Assembly (NCBI GenBank): GCA_041695225.1
Contig: JBGFRI010000038.1
Span: forward strand, 1 to 64,000
Direction: 5' to 3'
Source: Deinococcota bacterium
GTDB lineage: Bacteria; Deinococcota; Deinococci; Deinococcales; Thermaceae
Length of the DNA: 64,000 nt
The position numbers were made by a program, and so were the translations under genes. Below, piece by piece: positions 10,327-21,184 of this stretch. The notes below the pieces were generated by a model, which saw nothing but the letters and a program-made list of their open reading frames with translations, ran no database searches and was not told the DNA's origin. Positions within the stretch are counted from its first letter, which is position 1, and each line of letters begins with the position of its first letter.

Positions 10327-10664
10327 CCCCGCACCCACTTCCACACCGTGCTGCTGGATACCCCATGGCGTAGGCCCTTTCATCTTCTTCGGCCAGGCTA
10401 CTGTCCTATCGGTACTTCCTGCCCAGGCTATGGGTGGAGGCACCGGTCTTCTGGTACTCGGCCAGGAGGGCTGCGCGCAGTGCTGGGTTACCGGGTGGTC
10501 CGGGCTTCAGGCGGGGAATGTAGTGATTGCACTCCACACGCCTGTTTCTGCGGCTTTTATTTAGACCCCCAGCGTGAATGCACCTGTACTCCCGGTCAGA
10601 GAGTACGCTACCAGGGCCGGATCAGCGGGCCTCTGCTGGACCGGTTTGATCTGGTGGTGGAGGT
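10327..10664 (+). repeat. Copy 2 of the comM junction repeat (comM fragment stops at VEV)
   Basis: Matches 5457-5820; encodes [15 protein letters not shown]...[15 protein letters not shown]. Confidence 0.9.
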
Positions 10665-11042
10665 GCGCCGGCTGCGGGCGGCGGGGCTGGAGGTGTGCGC
10701 CCGCCCCTACCGGCTTCTCACCCCTCTGGAAGCCGATTTCCTGAAGCTTAGGGAAGCCTTGGAGCGCGGCAACCTCCACCGCGCCCTGGAGCTCTACCGG
10801 TCCCCCTCCTGCCCGAGAGCCAGGCCCCCGGGATCGAGGTGCTCCACTACGAGCTGGAGGAGGCCCTGAGGTCTAGGGTGCTGCGCGCCAGAGACCCTGG
10901 CCTCCTTTATGCGCTGGCGCAGCGCCTGGAGGACGATCTGGAGCTCTGGGAGGCCGCGCTCGAAACCCTCCCACCCCACGATTCCCGCTACCCAGCAACC
11001 TTGGCCCAGGTGCGGCGGCTCAGGGCCAAGTATCTGGGTTAG
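10665..11042 (+). pseudogene. C-terminal fragment of a wHTH/BTAD-like transcriptional regulator, frameshifted near 10800
   Basis: RRLR...ARPYRL...ADF...ALELYR / [11 protein letters not shown] / DDLELWEAAL, typical of Deinococcota GAF/TPR regulators. Confidence 0.6.
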
Positions 11043-11169
11043 GGTAGCCCCTTGCTAAGAGCTGGGGGGCAGGCAGTCGGGGCTCTTGCAGGCGTAGGCG
11101 GCGCTTGGGCCAGCAACCCCACGAGGAGCAGGTTCCAAACCTTGCGCATACAGCGAGGGTAGCCGGAGG

Positions 11170-11268
11170 AAGGTTACCTGGTGGAGCCAAAGATTACCTG
11201 GAAGCTCCAGAAGGTATCCAAAATGAGATAAGAAGGTAACCATTATGAGAGGGGGTTTGGTTACCTTT
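11170..11268 (+). promoter_or_regulatory. Phased direct repeats (AGGTTACC-like x5), candidate operator array
   Basis: aggttacc 11171, agattacc 11191, aggtatcc 11212, aggtaacc 11234, tggttacc 11258; spacing 20-24 bp. Confidence 0.5.
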
Positions 11269-11336
11269 GGTTTGCTAAGGTGAAGGTGGCCCCTGGAAAG
11301 GGGTCAGGGAAGTACAGAATAACGGGAGGGATTCAC

Positions 11337-11453
11337 ATGATCGCAGTGTGCAAGCACTCAAAGTCGGCAGCCGGACGCGGCAGGTTTATGTGCGGCCCTT
11401 TGCCTGGAATCATCTTGTTCCAGGTTCATGAGGCCCGAGGCTTTAGGGTCTAG
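11337..11453 (+). CDS. Putative 38-aa peptide
   Basis: RBS gggaggg 7 nt before ATG; ends 9 nt before the MFS start. Confidence 0.35.
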   Translation: MIAVCKHSKSAAGRGRFMCGPLPGIILFQVHEARGFRV

Positions 11454-11462
11454 TCGGCAGTT

Positions 11463-12587
11463 ATGCATCCGGCCAACCTCTTCACTGCTGCCGAGGGGCT
11501 GCGGTTCTTCGGCGCAGGCTTTTTCTACTTTGCCACCTCGGCCCTGGTGGCGCTGGCGGCGCCAACAGCTTTCGCGGCCAGCCTGGCCTCTGCCATGCTT
11601 CATCTGTCTGGCTTTCTGGCCCTGCCCCTGGGGGCGGTGGCTGACCGGATCGACCGGCGGAGAGGCCTGGTCGGGGTGGCCCTGCTGCAGAGCCTGCTGA
11701 TCTGGCCCCTGGCTTTGGGCCAGGGGCTGGCGCTCTGGGCGCTGTATCTGCTGATCTTTGTTTTTCAGGCCGTTGACGAGCTCAGGCGGGTCGCGGGGAG
11801 CGGGGTGCTGGCTAGGCTGGTGCCCCGGGAGAAGCTGGAGGAAGCCTTCGGGCGGCTGGATGTTACTTTTGAAGTTGTTGATACGCTCAATACCCCGCTG
11901 GCCGGCTGGCTCTTCACCCGCTCGCCCATCCTGATCGCCCCGGTAGGGGCGGTATGCATTCTCGCCTCGGCCCTGCTGTACCGGGCTCTGCCCCCTACTC
12001 CCCCGCCCAAGGCCCAGCCCTTCCAGCTGAGCGAGGTGCTGGAGGGGTTGCGCTTTTTGTTGCAACACCCAAAGCACCGGCGGATATTGGCCGAGGGTGG
12101 CCTGCTAAGCCTGGCCTACTCTGGGGCGGCGGCCATGCTGGCCTTCTGGGTGCTGCGCTCTCTGGGGCAGACTGCCTGGGAGCTGGCGCTAATCGAGACC
12201 GCCTTTGGGCTGGGAGTGGTGGCGGGCAGTCTGCTGATAGGCCGGGTGCTGGTCTGGGGGCGGGAGCGGGCTATGCGCATGGGGCTCTTTCTGGGCGGGG
12301 CCTGCCTCTTTATCCCGGCGCTCTTACACCTCTGGTACCTCTGGGCTCTGGGCTTCTTCCTCTTTGCCCTCTTCGCCCAGTTCTTCATCCTGCCGGCCTC
12401 GGCATTGCGGCTTGCGGATGCTCCGGATGAGCTGCGAGGTCGGGTCTCGGGCAGCGTGGGTTTTCTCAGCGATGTGATGGCCTTGATCGGGACCTTGCTG
12501 GCCGGGGTGCTGGCGACCTTCAACCCCTGGCTTCCGCTTTATCTCTTTGGGGGAGTTTTGCTGGGGCTGGGGCTGGTGAGGAGGTGA
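11463..12587 (+). CDS. MFS transporter (DHA3/macrolide-efflux-like)
   Basis: GAVADRIDRRR motif A, PDELRGRV, about 12 TM segments. Confidence 0.85.
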   Translation: MHPANLFTAAEGLRFFGAGFFYFATSALVALAAPTAFAASLASAMLHLSGFLALPLGAVADRIDRRRGLVGVALLQSLLIWPLALGQGLALWALYLLIFVFQAVDELRRVAGSGVLARLVPREKLEEAFGRLDVTFEVVDTLNTPLAGWLFTRSPILIAPVGAVCILASALLYRALPPTPPPKAQPFQLSEVLEGLRFLLQHPKHRRILAEGGLLSLAYSGAAAMLAFWVLRSLGQTAWELALIETAFGLGVVAGSLLIGRVLVWGRERAMRMGLFLGGACLFIPALLHLWYLWALGFFLFALFAQFFILPASALRLADAPDELRGRVSGSVGFLSDVMALIGTLLAGVLATFNPWLPLYLFGGVLLGLGLVRR

Positions 12588-12744
12588 GACGGATAAACTC
12601 CACCTCAGACTGCACCACATCTTGCAGCCGGTCTTCGAAATTCGCTAGCAGCAGATCTAACCTGTCGGCTAAGCCCTTCACGCTCACTGCGAAAAGTATA
12701 ACCCAGACTGGGTTCAGCCTGGGCCGGTGAGAGGGTATAAGTAG

Positions 12745-13170
12745 TTAGTACAGAGGTATCGGGGGGTTGAATGGTACTGTACGCCCATTGCCGTTAAAGC
12801 CGATAGCAGCATAGCTTTCCAGTACAATGCTTCCTCGAGGGGGAGGAGGAGTAATCTCCAGGATTCCGGTTGTCACCGGACACTCTGCTATCTGCGCAGT
12901 CGGGCTGCAGGGAAGAACTTCTCCTGCACCAGGGATTGTGCCACCCCCTACAAGGTTAAACTGGGTGATAACCCCTCCTGGGCTTCCAGGAAGCGAGCGG
13001 GCTGTGTATTCAAGAACCAGTTTTGTGACGGTGGTACCACCAACGGCCTCGCTCACTATTCTAGACTCTCTAGCAGCTATAGACACGGTGGGTATACCGA
13101 AATCGGCTACAAAATTGCCACACCCCACCAGCATAGCGGCAACTACCACCAGGGCGATAAGTTTTTTCAT
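12745..13170 (-). CDS. Hypothetical lipoprotein
   Basis: MKKLIALVVVAAMLVGC lipobox; coupled to rex stop. Confidence 0.75.
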   Translation of the reverse strand: MKKLIALVVVAAMLVGCGNFVADFGIPTVSIAARESRIVSEAVGGTTVTKLVLEYTARSLPGSPGGVITQFNLVGGGTIPGAGEVLPCSPTAQIAECPVTTGILEITPPPPRGSIVLESYAAIGFNGNGRTVPFNPPIPLY

Positions 13171-13808
13171 CCGATCATCTCCTCTCTCCATCTGGGATTG
13201 AGCACAAAGAACGATAATCTGCTGAGTCCGGTGAGGAAGTCTACGTTTTCTACTGCTACCTCCCTGGGCACTTCGAGCACTGCTGGGGCAAAGTTCAGGA
13301 TGCCCTTTATTCCCGAGTCTACCAGACGATTGGCCACCGCCTGGGCCGAATCAGCAGGAACTGCAAGAAGGCCGAATTCGATGCGCCTTTCGGATACTGC
13401 CCTGGGGAGATGGTCCATGGTTTCGACCTGCATACCGTGAAAGCGCAAGGCTGCCTTGGAAGGGTCGCGGTCAAACAGGCCCTTTAACTCGAAAATCTCG
13501 CTGAAAGCAGGGTAGTCGGCGATGGCCTGCCCCAGCCGGCCCATACCCACAATGCAAAGCCCCCAACGGCGGTTGAGGCCCAGAATTTGCCGTAGCTCTC
13601 GGCGCAAAATCTGTACGGTGTAGCCTACCCCACGGGTGCCGTAGCTGCCAAAGTACGAGAGATCCTTGCGTACCTGGAAGGCGGTGACCTGGGCTTCCTC
13701 GGCTAGTTGCTCCGAGGAAGTGCGGTTCATACCCCGAGCCTCGAGGTCTTCCAGAATCCTCAGGTACGTGACCAGGCGGGAGATGGCCGCGTTGGGCACT
13801 TTAGCCAT
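13167..13808 (-). CDS. rex: Redox-sensing transcriptional repressor Rex
   Basis: QVRKDLSYFGSYGTRGVGY, VGMGRLG, GILNFAP. Confidence 0.97.
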   Translation of the reverse strand: MAKVPNAAISRLVTYLRILEDLEARGMNRTSSEQLAEEAQVTAFQVRKDLSYFGSYGTRGVGYTVQILRRELRQILGLNRRWGLCIVGMGRLGQAIADYPAFSEIFELKGLFDRDPSKAALRFHGMQVETMDHLPRAVSERRIEFGLLAVPADSAQAVANRLVDSGIKGILNFAPAVLEVPREVAVENVDFLTGLSRLSFFVLNPRWREEMIG

Positions 13809-13827
13809 GTGAAACTCCTGTATGCAT

Positions 13828-14691
13828 CTAGCGAACCTCCAGAACCTCGAGGCCCCTGGCCCGCAGAACAGCGGCCGCTGCCGAGGTGTCGTCGAAAGGG
13901 CCGACCCGCACCTTCACCAGACCAGCCTCCTCGACCAGTACCACCGGAAAGCCGGCCTGCTGCACGGTCTCGACCACCGCTTGAGCGCTCTGGGGGCTGC
14001 GGAAAGCCCCGACCTGGAGGAACCGACCAGCGCCAACCTGGGGTGGTGCAGGGGAGACTTCCGCGGGTATACGCACCACCTGTGGCCGGTGCTGGGCCAG
14101 GGTGTCGGCGACGCTCTGGGCGCGTTCCTGGCTTTGGTAAGGGCCAACCCAGACTCGAGTGAAGGCTCCGAAAGCCTCGAGGCTAACCGGGTAGCCCTCC
14201 TGGCGCAGGGTTGCGGCCAGTCGTTCGGCGTTTTCGCGGTTGCCAAACGAGCCCACTACCACCCGCCAACTGCCGCCTGCATCGGCGGTCAGGGTGGGGC
14301 GCCCAGGCCGGGGGGTGGGCGGTGGCGCTGGCGGCCTGGCCTCTAGCCTTGGGGGAGCCGGTACAGGTTTAGCGACAGGGCGCGGGGCAGGGGGCGGCTG
14401 TGGAGCGGGGAGAACCGTGACCACCGTCTCGGGCTCGACCTGGGGCCGGGGCTGCGCGATAGGCGGGGTTTGGAGTCTGGGCTCCGGGGTCGTGGGGGGG
14501 GTCAGTGGCTGGGGCTGCGGTGCTACTGGGGGGGCCATGGGTGTCGGGGATACAGCAGAAGGAGGCGCCTGTACCCCCGGTGGACCCCCAAATGGGTTAA
14601 CCCCGGTCAGGAAAAACACCACACCGGCCATGATGACGGCTACCAGTAGAAAGATTAGCGCATCGAGCCAGTTCGTTCTAAGCCAACCCAT
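13828..14691 (-). CDS. SPOR-domain protein with Pro-rich linker
   Basis: N-terminal TM, two SPOR repeats (VVVGSFGNRENA, LQVGAFRS, VRVGPF). Confidence 0.88.
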   Translation of the reverse strand: MGWLRTNWLDALIFLLVAVIMAGVVFFLTGVNPFGGPPGVQAPPSAVSPTPMAPPVAPQPQPLTPPTTPEPRLQTPPIAQPRPQVEPETVVTVLPAPQPPPAPRPVAKPVPAPPRLEARPPAPPPTPRPGRPTLTADAGGSWRVVVGSFGNRENAERLAATLRQEGYPVSLEAFGAFTRVWVGPYQSQERAQSVADTLAQHRPQVVRIPAEVSPAPPQVGAGRFLQVGAFRSPQSAQAVVETVQQAGFPVVLVEEAGLVKVRVGPFDDTSAAAAVLRARGLEVLEVR

Positions 14692-14700
14692 ACTACAAAT

Positions 14701-16152
14701 CTACCGCAACAAGGCCCTGGCAGGAGCATAGCCCAGGTCGGCGGAGCGCTGCCAGGCCCGGCGGGCCTCGGCTATGCGGCCCAGCGAGCGCAGGGTCAGG
14801 CCAAGGTTGTACCAGGCTACCGAGTTGCGGGCATCCAGGGCCACTGCTTGCAAAAGTACCTGTTCGGCCACGGAAAATCTGCCGAGAGAGTACAGGGCCG
14901 CACCCAGGTTGGCTGCCGTTGCAGCATTAGGCGCCAGGGCCTGGGCCCGTTCTAACGAGGTGACCGCAGCAGCGAAGTCGTTTAAGCCAAACTGCGAGAC
15001 CCCCAGGAAGAACCAGGCCTCGGCCTGATCGGCTCTCTGTTGGGTGACCTGGGTAAGAGCCTCTACCGCCTCGCTCAAGCGGCCCAGGGCAAAAGACGAT
15101 CTGCCCAAAAGGAACAGGGCATCCAGTCGGTCGGCTCCCCGGCTGGCTCTTGCCGCCATTGCGGCAAAGCGGCCCGACTCGGTAGCCTGACCCAGGCGGT
15201 CAAAAGCAGTGGCCAGCCCCAAAAGCACCATGGGTTCATCGGGGTTTTGTGCATAGGCATTCTGGAAGGACTCCAAAGCCCCTCGAGCGTTACCCTCGCG
15301 CAGAAGGGCAACGCCCAGGTTGTGGTGGGCGGTCCAGAGTCTGGGGTCAAGCCGGACTGCTTCCTGCAGCGAAGCCAGCTGCTCGCGGCCCTGCTGAAGA
15401 GTAGACCTTTTCAGGAGCAGCTGAGCCCGCACCGCGTTATCGGTTGCGGCCGCCAGACCCCGGTCAAGCTCGCGCAACGCGCGCTGAGGCAGCCCCTGGG
15501 CCACAAAGATATCGGCAATTTGGGTAATGGCCTGCACGTTTGCTGGGTCGGCGGCCAGAATCCGGTACAGCACCGGCAGGGCTTCTAAGGGCCGGTTAGC
15601 TCTGACCAGACTATCTGCCAGCATCGAGGTGATCTCGGGGTCGCCCGGCAGTTTCTCCAGCCCTTTGCGGGCTGCGGTTACGGCGGCCTCGTGCTGACCT
15701 TGGGCTCGCAGCGCCTCGACCTGTCCAGCGAAAGCTGGTTTCAGGTCGCGTGGGCTTAGGTTGGCTCTCTCGCCTACCTCGACGGCCCTGGCAAAGGCCT
15801 GACTGGCTTCAGCCGCCTGGCCCTGGCGGTTACGCACGACTCCCAGGTTGAACCAGCCCTCAAAACGGTTGGGGTCGAGGGTGGTAAGGAGGGTGAACTC
15901 GAACGCAGCCCCCCGCAGATCGCCCAGGCGGAACAGGGCCAGACCCAGTCCAAAGTGAGCGCTGTAATTGGAGAAATCCCGAGCAATAACGGCTTCAAAA
16001 CCCTGGACGGCCTCACTCAGCCGCCCAGCCTCGAGGGCCGCCTGGGCCTGTTGCAGCATCTGCTGGACAGCAGGTGCTAGCTGTGCAGGCTGGCTTTGCT
16101 GCGCCAGACCCAGCGAAAGAATCAGAAGCGCCGCGTACAAAAGTTGTTTCAT
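14701..16152 (-). CDS. Secreted TPR-repeat protein
   Basis: Signal peptide; repeated TPR motifs (WFNLG, HNLG, AWYNLG). Confidence 0.88.
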   Translation of the reverse strand: MKQLLYAALLILSLGLAQQSQPAQLAPAVQQMLQQAQAALEAGRLSEAVQGFEAVIARDFSNYSAHFGLGLALFRLGDLRGAAFEFTLLTTLDPNRFEGWFNLGVVRNRQGQAAEASQAFARAVEVGERANLSPRDLKPAFAGQVEALRAQGQHEAAVTAARKGLEKLPGDPEITSMLADSLVRANRPLEALPVLYRILAADPANVQAITQIADIFVAQGLPQRALRELDRGLAAATDNAVRAQLLLKRSTLQQGREQLASLQEAVRLDPRLWTAHHNLGVALLREGNARGALESFQNAYAQNPDEPMVLLGLATAFDRLGQATESGRFAAMAARASRGADRLDALFLLGRSSFALGRLSEAVEALTQVTQQRADQAEAWFFLGVSQFGLNDFAAAVTSLERAQALAPNAATAANLGAALYSLGRFSVAEQVLLQAVALDARNSVAWYNLGLTLRSLGRIAEARRAWQRSADLGYAPARALLR

Positions 16153-16340
16153 AGCGTCTCCTTCAGGCTAATCTTCATCTTGCGGCCCATTGTAGCATGT
16201 GAAGTATACCCGCATGGGGCAAATGCACTGTCAGGCGATCTGCACATTTACAGTCTAAGCCTAGCAGCTGCTAATCACAGCATCTTGACCAAACCTGATT
16301 GCCCCGCTAGTATGTAAAGGCTCTCACATGCAGCGGCCGT

Positions 16341-16417
<77 letters not shown>

Positions 16418-16681
16418 AACGCGCTGTCGAAAGCCGAAGGTCAAAGGTCTAGAGCATTGCTGCTGGCCTTCGACTTTCTACCTTTGACATTTCTTAAGTT
16501 ACGGAGTGGCCGAGTATGGGGGTGAGTAGCGCCACGCGCTGTCGGAAGTTAACTTGCCAGAGCACTGCAAGTAAAACTTGTGTACTTCGCATACCATCGA
16601 GCGCTGGGGGATTGGTTTTTTCCTTTCCCTGTCCCTGGCGCTATAGCGTGGCGCTCACCTTCGCAAAAAGTATTTCCGCGC

Positions 16682-17953
<1,272 letters not shown>

Positions 17954-17967
17954 CTATAGTAACGCTG

Positions 17968-18882
17968 ATGATTCTCCTGGTTCCCGAAGCAACCAGCCCT
18001 GAGCTTTTGCAGGGCTTTCCCGATGAAGTAGAAATAGCTTTTTTGCCCAAAGAAGCCCCTATCTCAGAAAAAGCTCTGCAAGCCGTGTTTGCAGTAGCGC
18101 CTTATGGCAGCGGGGCCAGGCGTTTTTTTGCCGAACTCCCCAGGCTCCAACACTTGAAGGTGATTCAGACCCTCACCGCTGGCGTGGACTGGATTTTGCC
18201 CCACCTGCCCCCCGGGATCGCGCTTTGTGATGCGGCTGGCGTTCACGACATTCCGGTCTCGGAGTGGATTGTGGCGGCTGTGCTGGGGGCAATTAAGCGC
18301 TTCCCCGAGTTCCGCGATGCCCAGCGCGAGCAGCGCTGGGCCTATCGCTGGGTAGACGACCTGGAAGGCTCTACCGTGCTTTTTTTGGGCTATGGTTCCA
18401 TTGCCAGGGCCGCCGAAAAACGCCTGGCGCCGTTTGAAGTCGAGTTCATTCGCGTGGCACGAACAGCCCGCCAGGGGGTGTACGGGTTCGCCGAGCTGCC
18501 GGCGTTGCTTCCCAAGGCCGATGTGATCATCAACCTGCTGCCCTACACACCCCAGACCGACAGGCTGATCGGGGCCAAGCACTTCGCCCAGATGAAGCCG
18601 GGGGCGCTTTTTGTCAACGCGGGGCGGGGCAAGACAGTAGACCAGGAGGCCCTGGTAGAGGCCATCCGGGCCAAGCAGGTACGCCTGGTTTCCGACGTTA
18701 CCGACCCCGAACCCCTGCCCGAAGGACATCCGCTGTGGTCGTTGCCGGAGGTATTTTTAACCCCGCACATAGCAGGCTCGACCCCTAGGTTGTTTGAGCG
18801 GGGCTTCAGGCTGGTACGGCAGCAGGTAGCAAGATATGTGCGAGGCGAACCCTTACAAAACGTGGTGAGGGATGGTTACTGA
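17968..18882 (+). CDS. D-2-hydroxyacid dehydrogenase
   Basis: GYGSIA, VNAGRG, DVTDPEPLP, TPHIAG. Confidence 0.92.
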   Translation: MILLVPEATSPELLQGFPDEVEIAFLPKEAPISEKALQAVFAVAPYGSGARRFFAELPRLQHLKVIQTLTAGVDWILPHLPPGIALCDAAGVHDIPVSEWIVAAVLGAIKRFPEFRDAQREQRWAYRWVDDLEGSTVLFLGYGSIARAAEKRLAPFEVEFIRVARTARQGVYGFAELPALLPKADVIINLLPYTPQTDRLIGAKHFAQMKPGALFVNAGRGKTVDQEALVEAIRAKQVRLVSDVTDPEPLPEGHPLWSLPEVFLTPHIAGSTPRLFERGFRLVRQQVARYVRGEPLQNVVRDGY

Positions 18883-19012
18883 ACTCCTGGCCTCCCTGGC
18901 TTCCTACCAGAGGTGGCTGGGCTATGGCTCTTGACGGACGTGACAACTCCGGGCAGACCCCGGCCATTGTTGGTTTTGTCGGAAGAGCGGGAGCACACCC
19001 CATCCGGAGGGG

Positions 19013-19489
19013 TTAGCGCTTGGCGGGACGCACCATAAAGAGGGCGATGGAGATCAGGATAAAGGCAATCGCAGCCTGTAGCGGGATGGGAAAGCTGGGG
19101 ATGAACTCGATGTTGCAGGGGATAGGGCCACGGCAGACACTGGGCGCAAAGCCGGGAACCCATTGCTCCAGAAGATGGTACCCGCTCCAGAACAGGCCCA
19201 TCAACGAGAGTGTGAGGGCATAGGGCCTGATCCCGGTATCGCCGCGCCAGGTGGCAATGGCCAGCATGAATACCAGCGGGTACATGGCGATACGCTGATA
19301 CCAGCAGAGCGTACAGGGGGGGAAATGGCGCACATCGGAGTAGTAGAGGCTGCCGATGGTTGCTACCAGCGCTACCAGCCAGGCGAAGGCCAGCAGCAGT
19401 GCATTACGGTCAAATGAACCGATTTTAGACTGAGACCTCATTGCGTTCATCATAAGGTCCAGGCTATATAAGGTCGGTGAGGCTGACAA
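19013..19489 (-). CDS. Disulfide bond formation protein (DsbB/BdbC family)
   Basis: PCTLCWYQRIAMYPL; TM helices. Confidence 0.9.
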   Translation of the reverse strand: MSASPTLYSLDLMMNAMRSQSKIGSFDRNALLLAFAWLVALVATIGSLYYSDVRHFPPCTLCWYQRIAMYPLVFMLAIATWRGDTGIRPYALTLSLMGLFWSGYHLLEQWVPGFAPSVCRGPIPCNIEFIPSFPIPLQAAIAFILISIALFMVRPAKR

Positions 19490-19526
19490 GAGGAATCTGT
19501 CTCTATTCCCGCAAGGAGCCTTGAGC

Positions 19527-20441
19527 CTAGCCTAGCAGGGCCTCGACAAACTCACCTGCATCGAAAGGCTGCAGGTCATCGGGCTTTTCCCCAACCCCGA
19601 TAAACTTGATCGGTACGCCCAGCTCACGCACGATGGGCACCAGTACGCCACCCTTGGCCGTACCGTCTAGCTTGGTGACAATTACCCCGGTCAGACCGAC
19701 AGTTTCATTGAATTTCCTGGCCTGCTCGAGGCCGTTCTGTCCGGTCACGGCGTCCAGTACCAGCCAGACCTCGGCTGGTTCGCCGGGGTCGGCTTTGGCA
19801 ATGGAACGCTTGACCTTGCTTAGCTCCTCCATCAGGTTGTGCTTGGTATGCAGCCTCCCCGCCGTATCCACCAGCAGCAGGTCGGTACCCCTGGCTTTAC
19901 GGCTGCTGGCCGCGTCGAAAGCCAGTGCAGCGGGGTCGGAGCCCTCGGGGCCCTGGATCACCGGAATGCCCAGCCGCTCACCCCACAGCCCGAGCTGAGC
20001 CCCGCCTGCGGCACGGAAGGTATCGCCAGCGCAGAACATCACGCTCTTACCCTTGCTCAGGTAGTACTGCCCCAGCTTGGCGATGGTGGTGGTCTTGCCT
20101 ACCCCATTCACCCCTACCATCAAGACCACCTTGCCGGCCGGCTCGACAGCAGCCTTTCTGGCGCTGGGGCTAAAACCCGCTTTGCGAATTTTGGCCCGAA
20201 AGCTATCGGGCTCGAGCTGTAAAGTGAGGGCCTGCTTGAGAGCCTGGCGGAGGTCTTTTTTGCCCGACTGACGCAACTCCTCCAGCACTTCCTGGGTGGC
20301 CTCGACCCCCACGTCGGAGGAGAGAAGGGCGAGCTCGAGTTCTTCCAGCACCTCTTCGGGGCTTCTGCTCCAGGGAACCGACCTGGCAATGTTGTCGCGG
20401 GTCTTGCTGAGCCCCTCTTTGAGGCGTTGAAACCAGCTCAT
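19527..20441 (-). CDS. ftsY: SRP receptor FtsY
   Basis: GVNGVGKTTTIAKL, DTFRAA, DTAGR, TKLDGTAKGG. Confidence 0.97.
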   Translation of the reverse strand: MSWFQRLKEGLSKTRDNIARSVPWSRSPEEVLEELELALLSSDVGVEATQEVLEELRQSGKKDLRQALKQALTLQLEPDSFRAKIRKAGFSPSARKAAVEPAGKVVLMVGVNGVGKTTTIAKLGQYYLSKGKSVMFCAGDTFRAAGGAQLGLWGERLGIPVIQGPEGSDPAALAFDAASSRKARGTDLLLVDTAGRLHTKHNLMEELSKVKRSIAKADPGEPAEVWLVLDAVTGQNGLEQARKFNETVGLTGVIVTKLDGTAKGGVLVPIVRELGVPIKFIGVGEKPDDLQPFDAGEFVEALLG

Positions 20442-21184
20442 AATGCCTCAGTCTACCGCTCAAGGTTGTCTTGGACCGCTGGAAAGTTCACATAGGACTA
20501 GCCTATGCGCTGGATTAGCCTGACGGTTTGTCGCTGGCGCGTTGGCTTCATGCACCAGGGGGACGATCCATTTCAGGACGGGGCAAGCCCGGGTATGGGT
20601 AGGACCATTCTCGTTGGAAGAGTCTGGCAGGGTACACCCAGGAACGCTTAAACCCGTCCAGAACGCAACCACAGTTTGAGGGAAAGACGATCTAAGATAA
20701 CCAAAAAGCAGCTCCTTTGGCTCTGGCCACAACCTTGCCCCGGCCGCCAGGCTGAGGCCCGGCTGGGGGACTAGGGCCATCCGGTAAAGGCTTCAACTGC
20801 CTGAATTCTGACCTAGCCACCTCGAGCATAGTCTGACCAAACTGCATCCCCAGAAAGATGCGCTCCATACCTCCAAAAACCTCTGGCCCTGGGCAGGGAT
20901 GCTTCCGTGTAACCTGGCAGGGTCAAACACCAGGGCTTTCCCGGTGCCCAGGGGCGGTGACGGGCCAGGCAGGGCTATAGACCGCCAGCGGCCGCTTTGC
21001 GAGATACCCTGCAAACTGCGTTGCCTGCGCAATCCGGCCGCTACCCTTGAAGCCAGGAGGAAACAGGCGAAGGGCTTTATTGACAAGCTGCGGGCCGCTC
21101 TCGAGGTCGCGCCCGTCAGGACTAACTAACTAGGCGCACGCCAAAAACTCTGACCCTGGGTGTATACCCAGCCCCGTTCTCACG

